Part shown: in pieces, positions 10,245-19,977 of the stretch
Layout of the letters: every line of letters begins with the position of its first letter
Numbering within the stretch: the stretch's first letter is position 1
Source: Polyangiales bacterium
Lineage (GTDB): Bacteria; Myxococcota_A; Polyangia; Polyangiales; Polyangiaceae
DNA length: 49,700 bases
Direction of reading: 5' to 3'
Assembly (NCBI GenBank): GCA_038230375.1
Contig: JBBRNJ010000065.1
Location: 1 to 49,700 of the forward strand
Notes under the pieces: generated by a model
What the model was told of the DNA's origin: nothing
Databases searched by the model: none
The model's input: only the letters and a program-made list of their open reading frames with translations
Made by a program: the position numbers and the translations under genes

Positions 10245-11045
10245 GTGCAACTCCCTGTCGACTCCGAAGTGCGAGAGCGCATCGACCGCCTCGAGGTTCC
10301 GTTCGGCAAGAGCGGCGTGGATCCGTACGGAGTCTCCAAAGAGCATCTGGGCTTCTTCATGTCCATGCTCAAGATCCTCTACCGCTCGTACTTCTCGGTC
10401 GAGTGCCATGGCATCGACTACGTGCCGAAGCGCGGCCGCGCGATGCTCGTGGGCAACCACTCCGGTGGCGTGGCAGTTGATGGCGCCATGGTGATCGCTT
10501 CGATGCTGCTCGACAAGGAGCCGCCGCGGCTCGCGCAGGGCATGGTGGAGAAGTTCATCAGCAAGATGCCATTCGGATCGCTCATGTCGGATCGCGTGGG
10601 CCAGCTCACGGGCCTCCCCGAGCACGCGATTCGCCTGCTCGAGGACGATCGCCTTCTGATGGTCTTTCCGGAGGGCGCGCGCGGCACCGCCAAGCTCTGG
10701 AAGGAGCGCTACTCGCTCGTGGACTTCGGCACGGGCTTCCTCCGGCTTGCGCTCCGCACAGGGGCGCCGATCATTCCGACGGCCGTGCTTGGCGCGGGTG
10801 ACGCGATGCCCACGATCAAGAACGCGTACAAGCTGGGCAAGCTGCTCGGCGTGCCATACCTCCCCGTGACGCCGTACCTGCTGCCCATTCCCCTTCCCGT
10901 GAAGATCGAGATCGTCTACGGCGAGCCCATGACGTTCGACGGCGACGGCTCCGAGGAGGACGACGTGGTCGAGGCGTGGGTCGGCCAGGTCAAATCCAAG
11001 ATCGCGCGCCTCATCGTCGAAGGTCGTCGCCGGAGAAGGGGATAG
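10245..11045 (+). CDS. Lysophospholipid acyltransferase family protein
   Basis: NHSGGVAVD (HxxxxxD), VFPEGARG and GFLRLAL motifs. GTG 10245. Confidence 0.88.
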   Translation: MQLPVDSEVRERIDRLEVPFGKSGVDPYGVSKEHLGFFMSMLKILYRSYFSVECHGIDYVPKRGRAMLVGNHSGGVAVDGAMVIASMLLDKEPPRLAQGMVEKFISKMPFGSLMSDRVGQLTGLPEHAIRLLEDDRLLMVFPEGARGTAKLWKERYSLVDFGTGFLRLALRTGAPIIPTAVLGAGDAMPTIKNAYKLGKLLGVPYLPVTPYLLPIPLPVKIEIVYGEPMTFDGDGSEEDDVVEAWVGQVKSKIARLIVEGRRRRRG

Positions 11046-11049
11046 CCAA

Positions 11050-11976
11050 GTGAAAATTGTCATCCCCGGCATCTCCGGAAAGCTCGGCAAGATGCTCGCG
11101 ACAGAGCTCCTGCGCCGCGGTCACCAGGTCATCGGCATCGACAAACGCAAGTTCCGCGACGCACCCGACGGCGTGGAGATGCACGACGTCGACATCCGCA
11201 AGCGCGCGGCGGAGGACGTGTTCCGCAAGCGCCGCCCGGATGCCGTCATTCACCTCGCCACCGTCACCCACCTGATGGAGAACAGCGAGGATCGCTATCG
11301 CATCAACCTTGGTGGCACGCGCGCCGTGTTCGAGCACGCGAAGACCTATGGCGTGGAGCACGTGATCTTCGTGGGCCGCCACACGTACTACGGCGCCGCC
11401 GGCGACGCGCCGCTCTACCACAAGGAGGATGAGCCTCCGATGGCGCTCCAGCATTTTCCGGAGCTCGCCGACCTTGTCGCCGCCGACCTCTACGCCACGA
11501 CTGCGCTCTGGCAGAAGCCAGAGGTCAACACGACCGTCCTTCGCATGGCGTACACGCTCGGGCCTACAGGCCACGGCACGCTCGCGACGTTCATCCGCGG
11601 GCCGCTCGTGCCCACGGTCATGGGCTTCGACCCGCTCTTCCAGTTCATGCACGAAGAGGACGTGGTCCGCGCGCTGGTGCTCACGGTCGAGAAGCGCCCC
11701 CGTGGTGTCTTCAATGTCGCCGGACCTTCGCCGCTGCCGCTCTCGTTCGTCATCAAGCAAGCCGGTCGTCGTCACATCCCCGTTCCGGAGATCCTCATCG
11801 CGGCGGCGCTTGGTCGCTTTGGTCTTCCGAAGCTCACGCGCGGTGCGCTCGCTCACGTGAAGTTTCCGGTCGTGGTCGACGCATCCGCGTTCAGAGCCGC
11901 GACCGGCTTCGAGCACAAGATCGACGAAGAGAGCGCCATCGCGGCATACCGCGCGGCGTTCCCGATCACGCGCTGA
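11050..11976 (+). CDS. NAD-dependent epimerase/dehydratase (SDR)
   Basis: GISGKLG Rossmann loop, [20 protein letters not shown] and GVFNVAG. Starts 4 nt after the acyltransferase. Confidence 0.85.
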   Translation: MKIVIPGISGKLGKMLATELLRRGHQVIGIDKRKFRDAPDGVEMHDVDIRKRAAEDVFRKRRPDAVIHLATVTHLMENSEDRYRINLGGTRAVFEHAKTYGVEHVIFVGRHTYYGAAGDAPLYHKEDEPPMALQHFPELADLVAADLYATTALWQKPEVNTTVLRMAYTLGPTGHGTLATFIRGPLVPTVMGFDPLFQFMHEEDVVRALVLTVEKRPRGVFNVAGPSPLPLSFVIKQAGRRHIPVPEILIAAALGRFGLPKLTRGALAHVKFPVVVDASAFRAATGFEHKIDEESAIAAYRAAFPITR

Positions 11977-12088
11977 GCTGGTGGATCTCTTTGTCACCAG
12001 GCGGCATGGACTGAGGACGCGGTGTCTCAACTGGATTACGCATCCATCCGGAACCATTGTTCGTTGAACTGGCAGGGTTTTCGCTTCC

Positions 12089-13267
12089 ATGGGGCCACCC
12101 CCCTTGCTTCCCCGTCGTTCCAACAACAGCCCCGAGTTTCTTTCGTCGGGTGATTTCGAGGTCGTGGAGAGCCCCGCCGCGGTCCTCCGTGGCCGCCCGA
12201 TGAGCCCCACCATCCCTCCCCCGGCGCAGAGCCCGCTCTCGAACCCGAGGAGCCTTCGCCAGCCGCAGTCGTTCACCCCACAGACCTTCGCGCCGCAGCA
12301 GTCATACGCACCGCAGTCATTCGCGCCGCCGTCATACGCGCCGCCGTCATACGCGCCGCAGTCATACGCGCCGCAGTCATACGCCGCGCCACTTCCGATC
12401 TCACAGCGTCCGCTTCCTGGTGCACGCCCCGTGTATCAGCAGCGCTTGCATGCTCCCGTGCCGCAGAACGAGGCCGAGCTCCATCGCTTCCTCGCGCAGT
12501 TCGAGCCTTCTGGCCTTCGCAGAGTATCGACGCCCGTCAGCGTGCAGCCGGCGATGCTGCGCCAGGAGCCGCAGCTGCGGGTCGCGCCGCCCTTCGCAAG
12601 GACTGCGACGCCGGTCATCCCGCACGCCACCGCGTCCGCGACATCATCGCTTGCGCCCGTCGCGATCTCCGACGAGAGCGGCCAGCACGAGTTCCTCACG
12701 TCGAAGACGGTCGTCATCCGGCCGGCGCGCGCCCGCACGCAGTGGGCGATCTTCATGGTGGCCATGGGCGCGCTCGTGGGCGTGTTCGTCTCCATGGCGG
12801 TCATGAAGTACCGCGCCGAGCAGCTCGCCATCGCGACGAGCGCGTCGCAGCAACCGCAGATGGCCATGGTGGCTGCACCTCCAGCACCTCCGCCGCCCGC
12901 CGCCCTCGATCTCGCGATGTACCCGCAGCAACAGGTGCAGCCGGCCCAGGCCGTCCAGCCGCCCCAGACGATCTTCACGACGACGATGGTCAACCCGGGC
13001 GCGACGACGACGACGACGACCAAGACCTCGACCTCGACCCCGACCCCCTCGACCCCGACCCCGACCCCCTCGACCCCGACCCCGACCCCCAAGGCCGTCG
13101 TTCCCGTCATCAAGAAGGCCGCTCCGCCTCCCGTCGCCCATCATGCTGGCCCCAAGGCGCCGCCTGTGACCACGACGACCGTGCGGCCTTCCACCGCTCC
13201 CAAGGGCGATTCCTCCGAGCAGATGCTGCAAGCCGCCAAGCGCGAGACCGGGCTCACGCTAGAGTAG
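12089..13267 (+). CDS. Pro/Ser/Thr-rich single-pass membrane protein
   Basis: One TM (WAIFMVAMGALVGVFVSMAVM) with SYAP repeats before it and T/S/P repeats after it. Confidence 0.7.
   Translation: MGPPPLLPRRSNNSPEFLSSGDFEVVESPAAVLRGRPMSPTIPPPAQSPLSNPRSLRQPQSFTPQTFAPQQSYAPQSFAPPSYAPPSYAPQSYAPQSYAAPLPISQRPLPGARPVYQQRLHAPVPQNEAELHRFLAQFEPSGLRRVSTPVSVQPAMLRQEPQLRVAPPFARTATPVIPHATASATSSLAPVAISDESGQHEFLTSKTVVIRPARARTQWAIFMVAMGALVGVFVSMAVMKYRAEQLAIATSASQQPQMAMVAAPPAPPPPAALDLAMYPQQQVQPAQAVQPPQTIFTTTMVNPGATTTTTTKTSTSTPTPSTPTPTPSTPTPTPKAVVPVIKKAAPPPVAHHAGPKAPPVTTTTVRPSTAPKGDSSEQMLQAAKRETGLTLE
12299..12388 (+). repeat. 15-bp coding tandem repeat x6 (Q/P-S-Y/F-A-P)
   Basis: c(a/c)gtcat(a/t)cgc(g/a)ccg units. 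Confidence 0.9.
13003..13090 (+). repeat. Coding copy of the hexamer repeat family: (ACG)n-(ACCTCG)2-(ACCCCG/ACCCCC)n
   Basis: Reverse complement of the intergenic GTCGAG/GTCGGG units. Encodes TTTTTTKTSTSTPTPSTPTPTPSTPTPTP. Confidence 0.85.
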
Positions 13268-13327
13268 CCTCGAGAAGTCCGGATTTTCGGCGCATGGCTG
13301 CGAATCTAGATACGCTTCTGCCCCATC

Positions 13328-15928
13328 ATGGACGACGCCATCAAGGCGGGCACGGTTCTCTCAGGCAAGTACCGCGTCGAGTCGACCATCGGCAGCGGTG
13401 GCATGGGGGTCGTCGTCAAGGCCACCCAGATCGATCTCGATCGCCCCGTCGCGATCAAGATCCTCCTCAACGAGTATCGCGAGCGCGAGGACGCCGTCGC
13501 TCGGTTCCTGCGTGAAGCCAAGGTGGCCGCTCGCATCCGCGGTGAGCACGTCGCCCAGGTGATCGACGTCTCCAAGACCGACGACGGGCTCCCGTACATC
13601 GTCATGGAGTTCCTGGATGGCGAGGACCTCGCCGCGTTCCTCAAGCGCGAAGGGCCGATGCCCCTCGAGCTCGCAGTGACGTTCATGCTCCACTCGTGCT
13701 CGGCCATCAGCGACGCGCACTCCGCGCACGTGATCCACCGCGACCTGAAGCCGTCGAACCTGTTCCTCGCGCGGCAGGCGAACGCCACACCGGTGCTCAA
13801 GGTGCTGGACTTCGGCATCTCGCGCATGGACGACCAGGCCTCGCACCTGACGCACACGACCGCGTCCGTCGGCACCGCCTATTACATGTCCCCGGAGCAG
13901 ATCGAGCATCCGAAGAACGTCGACAACCGTGTCGACATCTGGGCACTCGGCTGCGTCTTCCACGAGTTCCTCGTCGGCGAGACGCCGTTCGGTGGTGACG
14001 CCATCCCGCAGATCGTCTCTGCCGTGCTGCGCAACGCGCGGCCGAAGGCGAGCAAGCTCGTCGAAGGATTGCCCGAGGCCGCCGACGCGGTCATCGACAG
14101 GTGTCTCCAGTCGGAGCCGTCTGCGCGCTACCAGAACGTCGGTGACCTTGCGATGGCCCTCGCCGCGCTCACGACCTTGCCCGAGCACCTGGCGCTGGCG
14201 AAGCAGATCGCGAAGCGAAGGGCGAACCAGATGGCGTTCGCCGAGACCATGACGCCCGAGCCAAGGATCGAGGCGATGCCGCCCGTCGGCCAGAGCACCG
14301 ACGAGACGACAGTCCCCAAGGGGGGTGGCGTCTCCGTGCTGTCGCTCTCGGCGCTCGGCGGCGTGATGGAGGAAGAGACCGCTCCACCGGTGCGAAACCA
14401 GGGGCCGCTCGCGCTGGAGCTCGCTCCCGCACAGAAGCCGCAGCCCGCACCGCCCGCTACAGCCGCGTCCGCCGCGCCCCGCGCAGAGCCTGCGCCGAGT
14501 GCCGTTGCCAGGCCAGGCCCTCCCAAGCCCCCGCCCCTGACGCAAGCATCGCCACAGCTCCCGCAGAGCTCCGCGGCGCCGACCAGCGTGCCGATGACGA
14601 ACGAGAGCGAGGCGGGCGACGGGGTGCCCGGCCGCAAGGTCATTCGCTTCCTCGACATGGGAGACGCGGGCACAGCGCAGAAGATCGAGGTCGACCCGAG
14701 CGCGCTGCGCAAGCGTGAGAAGGCTGCCGCCAAGCGGCGCAATCCGTGGCCCATACGTATCCTCGTCGCGTTCTCCACGGTGCTGGTGCTCGTGCTGCTC
14801 GTCGCGATTGCCGGTCCACGGATTGCCGTCTCCAGGATGAAGAGCGCGGCCGCTGCGGTTGGCATCAACATGACATCCGACTCACCCACCATCTCGATGC
14901 AGGGCTGGGAGTTCCCGAACGTCCAGGCAACCTTCAGCTCACTGCCGGGCACCACGCTGCATGCCGGCAACATCCGCTCGTCATGGACCGGCGCGGAGAT
15001 CACGGTGGCGAACGTGGAGATGGACTCCGTGAGCGATCTCGCGTCCATCGATCGCGTCCTCCGGAGCACGGCCGCTACCATGCCCGCCGCATTCGACATC
15101 ATCGACATCAAGTTCAAGCTCGCACCCGTCCCAGCGATCGCGATTGAAGGAACGGGCGCCAGCTTCACTTCCAAGGTCGAGCCCCGGGAAGGCCGCAGGA
15201 CGCAGTTCTTGTCGTCGCGCACGTTCGTGAAGACGGAGCGCATGACGCTGGGCCCGTTCGGCGTGAACCTGGAGCGCTCATCGGACACGTCGCGCGCGCG
15301 CATCTCGCTCGACCCCGTGGTGCCCGACGGTCCGTCCGTCATCATCGTGCGCCATGGTGGCGTCGTTCACGTGGGTGCCGACGCGCGTCGAGCGCCGCTT
15401 GCGCGTTATGGATTCCCGGCTTCCTTCTTCGGACTCCCGGAGGGTGACAACCCCGACGTCGAACTCACGCTGGACGCGCAGATCGCGGATCGCGGAGACG
15501 TCTCCGGCTCGGGGACCCTCGCGCTCTACGGAATGAAGGTGGGCGCGTCCGCGCCGATCGACGGCTCGATGGCATTCCACCTGGACGGAACCACACAGGC
15601 CGTTCGCATCCAGAGCGACGAGGCGAAGGTGGGCCCGTTTCCCGCGCGCGTTCACGGCGACTGGTCCAGCACCACGGCGACGCACCTCACGCTCGGGTTC
15701 CAGACCGCGAATGTCAGCTGCGGCGACCTCGCTCGCGGCAAGGCCATGAAGCAGGCAGGCGTCGCCGGTGTCGCGCTCGCGGACCTTGCGAAGTTCACCG
15801 GCACCTTGGGCGGCGGCGGACAGCTGTCGGTCGCGTTTGCGCTTGTGCTGGACGCAGACCTCCCGCCGAAGGTGAACGTCGTGTTCACGTCGCGCGAGAC
15901 GTGCGGCCTTGGAATCTTCCCGCGCTGA
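13328..15928 (+). CDS. Hanks-type Ser/Thr protein kinase with TM and beta-rich extracytoplasmic domain
   Basis: GSGGMG, VAIK, HRDLKPSN, DFG, YMSPEQ and DIWALG motifs, a Pro-rich linker, and TM ILVAFSTVLVLVLLVAIAG. Confidence 0.93.
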   Translation: MDDAIKAGTVLSGKYRVESTIGSGGMGVVVKATQIDLDRPVAIKILLNEYREREDAVARFLREAKVAARIRGEHVAQVIDVSKTDDGLPYIVMEFLDGEDLAAFLKREGPMPLELAVTFMLHSCSAISDAHSAHVIHRDLKPSNLFLARQANATPVLKVLDFGISRMDDQASHLTHTTASVGTAYYMSPEQIEHPKNVDNRVDIWALGCVFHEFLVGETPFGGDAIPQIVSAVLRNARPKASKLVEGLPEAADAVIDRCLQSEPSARYQNVGDLAMALAALTTLPEHLALAKQIAKRRANQMAFAETMTPEPRIEAMPPVGQSTDETTVPKGGGVSVLSLSALGGVMEEETAPPVRNQGPLALELAPAQKPQPAPPATAASAAPRAEPAPSAVARPGPPKPPPLTQASPQLPQSSAAPTSVPMTNESEAGDGVPGRKVIRFLDMGDAGTAQKIEVDPSALRKREKAAAKRRNPWPIRILVAFSTVLVLVLLVAIAGPRIAVSRMKSAAAAVGINMTSDSPTISMQGWEFPNVQATFSSLPGTTLHAGNIRSSWTGAEITVANVEMDSVSDLASIDRVLRSTAATMPAAFDIIDIKFKLAPVPAIAIEGTGASFTSKVEPREGRRTQFLSSRTFVKTERMTLGPFGVNLERSSDTSRARISLDPVVPDGPSVIIVRHGGVVHVGADARRAPLARYGFPASFFGLPEGDNPDVELTLDAQIADRGDVSGSGTLALYGMKVGASAPIDGSMAFHLDGTTQAVRIQSDEAKVGPFPARVHGDWSSTTATHLTLGFQTANVSCGDLARGKAMKQAGVAGVALADLAKFTGTLGGGGQLSVAFALVLDADLPPKVNVVFTSRETCGLGIFPR

Positions 15929-15930
15929 GC

Positions 15931-15980
15931 CGGCAAATGCGGCAAACGCGGCAAACGCGGCAAACGCGGCAAACGCGGCA
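15931..15980. repeat. 9-bp tandem repeat (CGGCAAAYG) x5 plus a partial unit
   Basis: Fills the gap between the convergent kinase and GspE stops. Confidence 0.92.
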
Positions 15981-15986
15981 GCGCGG

Positions 15987-17171
15987 CTAGGTCACGCGGC
16001 TCACTTCTTCGACGGTCGTGATGCCGGCCTGGATGCGCTCGAAGCCCATGCGACGCAATGACTTGATGTTCCGTCGCGCGAAGATGTCGCGATAGGCGCG
16101 TGAGGACGCCTTGCCCTTCACCAGTTCGCGCAGTTCGTCGTCGAGCTCTAGCACCTCGAAGATGCCGGTGCGGCCGCGGTAGCCGCTCTGCATGCAGCGG
16201 TTGCAGCCGCGCGGCTTCACGATCGGGCTGCCTGCAGCGAGCAAGAGCTCGTCGCCGTCCCAGAAGTCGGACTCGAGCTTCACCGTGTCCTTGCAATGGG
16301 GGCACACCACGCGCACGAGGCGCTGCGACAGGACGGCGGACAGGGCGTTCGCGACGATCCACGGCTCCACGCCAAGATCGATGAGGCGCACGATGGTCTC
16401 CACCGTGTCCGACGTGTGGAGCGTGGACAGCACCAGGTGGCCCGTGAGCGCGGCTTGCATTGCGATGCCCGCCGTCTCGGAGTCGCGCATCTCGCCCACC
16501 AGGATCACGTCGGGATCCTGCCGGAGGATCGCGCGGAGACCGGTGGCGAACGTGAACCCAGCGCGGTTGTGCACCTGCCCCTGCGTGATGCCGTAGAGCT
16601 CGACCTCGACCGGGTCCTCCAGCGTGACCACGTTCACGTCGTTCGTGTGGACCAGCTCGAGGAGGGCGTACAGCGTGGACGTCTTGCCAGCGCCCGTGGG
16701 ACCACAGGTGATGACGAAGCCCTGCGGACGTGAGATCGCGTCGCGCAGCGTTCGTTGCGCTTCGGGATCCAGTCCGAGCTTCGCGAAGGGAAGCACGTAC
16801 GTGTTGCCGGTGAGGAGCCGGAGCACGGCCTTCTCACCCTGCTGCGACGGAAACGTGGACGCGCGCATGCTGACGGTCTTGCCGTCCATTTCAAGGGCGA
16901 TCTGCCCGTCCTGCGGCATGCGCCGCTCCGAGATGTCCATTCGCGCGAGCACCTTCACGCGCGAGATGATCTGCGGCGCGACCGCGTTGGAGATGCCCTG
17001 CACGTCCACCATGGCGCCGTCGATGCGCATGCGGACCTTCAGCTGGTCGACCTTTGGCTCCAGGTGGATGTCGCTGGCGCGCTCACGCAGCGCGAGGCGC
17101 ACGATCGCGTCGAGGATCTGGACCGCGTCTCCTTCGACAAGGGGCGGCGCATCCTTGGGTCGTTGTTGCAT
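15987..17171 (-). CDS. GspE/PilB-family secretion/pilus ATPase (short, no N1 domain)
   Basis: ASDIHLEP, RRMPQDG, Walker A GPTGAGKT, EDPVE, LRQDPDVILVGEMRD, His box TGHLVLSTLH, Zn motif CPHC...CNRC. Confidence 0.92.
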   Translation of the reverse strand: MQQRPKDAPPLVEGDAVQILDAIVRLALRERASDIHLEPKVDQLKVRMRIDGAMVDVQGISNAVAPQIISRVKVLARMDISERRMPQDGQIALEMDGKTVSMRASTFPSQQGEKAVLRLLTGNTYVLPFAKLGLDPEAQRTLRDAISRPQGFVITCGPTGAGKTSTLYALLELVHTNDVNVVTLEDPVEVELYGITQGQVHNRAGFTFATGLRAILRQDPDVILVGEMRDSETAGIAMQAALTGHLVLSTLHTSDTVETIVRLIDLGVEPWIVANALSAVLSQRLVRVVCPHCKDTVKLESDFWDGDELLLAAGSPIVKPRGCNRCMQSGYRGRTGIFEVLELDDELRELVKGKASSRAYRDIFARRNIKSLRRMGFERIQAGITTVEEVSRVT

Positions 17172-18196
17172 CAGCGATCTCCCTCCTCGATCGAGTACGA
17201 AAGCTCTGTGTTCGCAGCGGGCAGCGGCAGGGCCAAGCCCAGCGCCGAGGGCAGGGCGGCCTGGTTGTCGATGACCACATAGTACTGGCCCTTGGGCACG
17301 GCGATCTTCTGTTGGGACTCACCGCCCATCAGGTTGCCCATGAACACCGTTGGCCCCGGCGGCGGGCCAAGCGGCTGGCCAGCCTGATAGGAGCCGCGCC
17401 ACTGGTCGCCGATGCCGCGCTCGACGACTGCGAATAACAGGTTCTGACCCGAGAGGCGCGAGTGGAGGTAGAGCGCGGAGCTGTTCTCGTTCACGTCCAG
17501 CGGCCCCAGGTACTCGCGCGAAGCGGGCGCGAGGCTCACGTTGTCGGTAGCGAGCATGGTGCGACCTTTCCCTGTCTTGAATGCGCGGGGCGGCATCGCT
17601 GGTGGGTCCAGGTGTCCGAGCGTGAAGTCGTCGCCGTCATCCTTGCGAACCACGGTGAAGCCGCGGCCGATCTCGCTCTCGACCACGCCCTGTCCGAGGA
17701 GCGTGGCGACGTCGCCGACAGGCGTGCGCGTGGCAAGGCTGACGAGCGAGTTCTCCACGCCCAGGATGCGGAGGTCGGGCGGCGCGAGCACGCGATTGAA
17801 CTGACCCCAGACATAGACGCTCTCATCCGTGACGTGAAAGTCGGGTCGATACTCCACGGCGATGCCGCAGAAGAAGCCGACGCGCCGCACGAGCGGGAGC
17901 ATCACGTACCCGGTGCCAGAGGCCTGCACCGCGATGGTGTGGTGCGCCTCGTCCACGCTCACCTGGCAGTCCTGCGGGAAGAAGCGCCCCACGGTCTGCG
18001 GGCCGAGCGCGCTCATCTTGAGCGGGACACCGCGCTTCTTCATCTCGGGGCAGATCTTCTGCGCGCCGAAGTTTGCGAAGAGCCACCACCGCGTCGAGTC
18101 GCTCGAGTTCACGGCGTTGTTCACGCACGCGCAGCCAGAGGTGGAAGCCGCGAGGGCGAGCGCAACAACAACAACGAAGGCGAGCCGAGTCCTCAC
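17171..18196 (-). CDS. Hypothetical secreted protein or lipoprotein
   Basis: Signal MRTRLAFVVVVALALAASTSG-C. Stop overlaps the GspE start (TGATG). Confidence 0.75.
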   Translation of the reverse strand: MRTRLAFVVVVALALAASTSGCACVNNAVNSSDSTRWWLFANFGAQKICPEMKKRGVPLKMSALGPQTVGRFFPQDCQVSVDEAHHTIAVQASGTGYVMLPLVRRVGFFCGIAVEYRPDFHVTDESVYVWGQFNRVLAPPDLRILGVENSLVSLATRTPVGDVATLLGQGVVESEIGRGFTVVRKDDGDDFTLGHLDPPAMPPRAFKTGKGRTMLATDNVSLAPASREYLGPLDVNENSSALYLHSRLSGQNLLFAVVERGIGDQWRGSYQAGQPLGPPPGPTVFMGNLMGGESQQKIAVPKGQYYVVIDNQAALPSALGLALPLPAANTELSYSIEEGDR

Positions 18197-18228
18197 GCGG
18201 GAAGTATCGCATGGAACAGGAGAGGAGG

Positions 18229-18300
18229 GTCGAGGTTCGGGCCGAGGTGAAGGTGAAGGTCGAGGTCGAGGTCGAAGTCGAAGTCGAAGTCGAAGTCGTT
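18229..18300. repeat. Intergenic hexamer tandem repeat B: 12 units (GTCGAG/GTCGAA/GTGAAG/GTCGTT)
   Basis: Read directly. Begins 1 nt after the GH44 stop codon on the minus strand. Confidence 0.92.
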
Positions 18301-18301
18301 G

Positions 18302-19975
18302 TTACTCCGCCAGCTCCACGACGGTTATCGAGCTTGGTGGTAGCTGCGTCTTCCAGCTTCGGTCCGCTCCTGCGGCCACCGGATCTGCCGCCACGCTCAG
18401 TGCGAACGCGGGGGCCTTGCCGTCGTACGTGAAGACGCGGCCTCCTCTTTGTGCGGAGCACTCCGTGAGGGTGACGCTCACGTCCTTTGCCACCGCATCG
18501 TCGAAGTTGAGAAGCACCATGACGAGCAGGTGGTCGTGCCGGACCGCGTACGCCGAGATGCCAACCGGGGCTGTCGTCTTTGCCAGCTCGCCCTCGAAGC
18601 CGCTGCCTCTGCCGTCGTAGTTGGTGAAGGCGCGCATCGCGAACCACGCTGGGCTGTCCGCCTTCGGGGCCTTCCAGTAGAACGCGTGGAGCACGCCCGC
18701 TTCCGCGATGCGGCCCAGCGCCTCTGCAAGCGCGAGCCCGCCGGAGATGTGCCGCTCGCCGCCGAAATTCATCTCGCCGATCTGGAGGTGGAGCATCGGG
18801 TTCTCCGCTGTGATCATCGCCGTGACGCGCGGCAGCAGATAGATCGGCTCGTCGATGTACGACTCGTCCTTGTAAGACGGGTCCCAGAGCGCGCGCGTCG
18901 CACGAAGGCGCAGCGCGTTCGTCTTTGGATCCACGTCGCCGCCACCGTCACCGCCTTCCCCATCGGGGCCCTGCACACCCTCGGCCTGTGGGTAGAAGTG
19001 CACGTCGATGACGTCCACCAGGCGCTCCTTGGTCCGGTCTTCCTCGGCCTTCAGTTTTTGAATGTAGTATGCAAGTTTCGGAACGTCGCCATGGGATCGG
19101 CGATCAGGACGAAGGCGGAACCCCGCTGCCGCATCCTTCGCCGAATAGAAGTAACCGGGCCAGCCCCACTCCGCCGGACCGGCGATCTCCGCCCTGGGCG
19201 CCGCGGCCCTGATCGCGCGCGCGTACGCGAGCGTCTTCTCGATGAGCTCGTCGTAGGTCTCCGGTTCGGGGTGGACGTCGCGATGGGTCGAGCTCCAGAG
19301 CGAAGGCTCATTGTCCAGGATGTACTGGTGCGTGACGCCCGGCTCCTCGCGCTCCAGCTTCGCGACCCACGCGCCCACGTCGGCCGGCGTCACTCTCACG
19401 TTCGCCGTGGTGGGATCCAGCGGCGTCAGCTTCTTCTTGTTGGGCGCGAGCCCGTTGCCCAGGTCCGGCCTCTCCGGCGCCACCTTCTCCTGCGCGCCCG
19501 CCACCGATACGGGGAACGAGCCGCTGGTCACGTCCTTGGCGACCCAGCCCAGCATGGGCACGGTGATCGCGACGAACGTTCCCATGGGCTCGCGCACCTT
19601 CGCCTTCTGCACGAACGTGGAGACCGAGTCGATCTCCACGTTGCGATAGAACCAGTCCGCGCCTGTGTTCCACGCGTTGCCGAGCACGAAGTTGTAGCGG
19701 CTGGTCGTGTTGCCGCCCCAGCGGTGGCCCTGGGCATGCAACGTCTCCGCCTCATCCGCGAACGCCACACCGTAGAGATGCGGGCCCACCATCAGGGCGC
19801 GCGCGTCCGCCCTGGGACAGCGCACCTCGACCTTCGCAGCACCTTTCGCAGCGGGCAGCGCGGGCGTCTCGGGTCCGCCGCGGTCGGCCACGGTGCTCGG
19901 CGCGGGCGGTGAGTCGCAGCTGCGCGTGCAGCTGAGCAGCAAGGTCATGGCGGAGACCGCGACCAACCGCCTCAT
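18302..19975 (-). CDS. Glycoside hydrolase family 44 (probable lipoprotein)
   Basis: RWGGNTTSRYN, DWFYRN, LDNEPSLW..THRDVHP, GPAEWGW, DVHFYPQ and GEMNFGG motifs. Start trimmed to ATG 19975. Confidence 0.85.
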   Translation of the reverse strand: MRRLVAVSAMTLLLSCTRSCDSPPAPSTVADRGGPETPALPAAKGAAKVEVRCPRADARALMVGPHLYGVAFADEAETLHAQGHRWGGNTTSRYNFVLGNAWNTGADWFYRNVEIDSVSTFVQKAKVREPMGTFVAITVPMLGWVAKDVTSGSFPVSVAGAQEKVAPERPDLGNGLAPNKKKLTPLDPTTANVRVTPADVGAWVAKLEREEPGVTHQYILDNEPSLWSSTHRDVHPEPETYDELIEKTLAYARAIRAAAPRAEIAGPAEWGWPGYFYSAKDAAAGFRLRPDRRSHGDVPKLAYYIQKLKAEEDRTKERLVDVIDVHFYPQAEGVQGPDGEGGDGGGDVDPKTNALRLRATRALWDPSYKDESYIDEPIYLLPRVTAMITAENPMLHLQIGEMNFGGERHISGGLALAEALGRIAEAGVLHAFYWKAPKADSPAWFAMRAFTNYDGRGSGFEGELAKTTAPVGISAYAVRHDHLLVMVLLNFDDAVAKDVSVTLTECSAQRGGRVFTYDGKAPAFALSVAADPVAAGADRSWKTQLPPSSITVVELAE

Positions 19976-19977
19976 CG

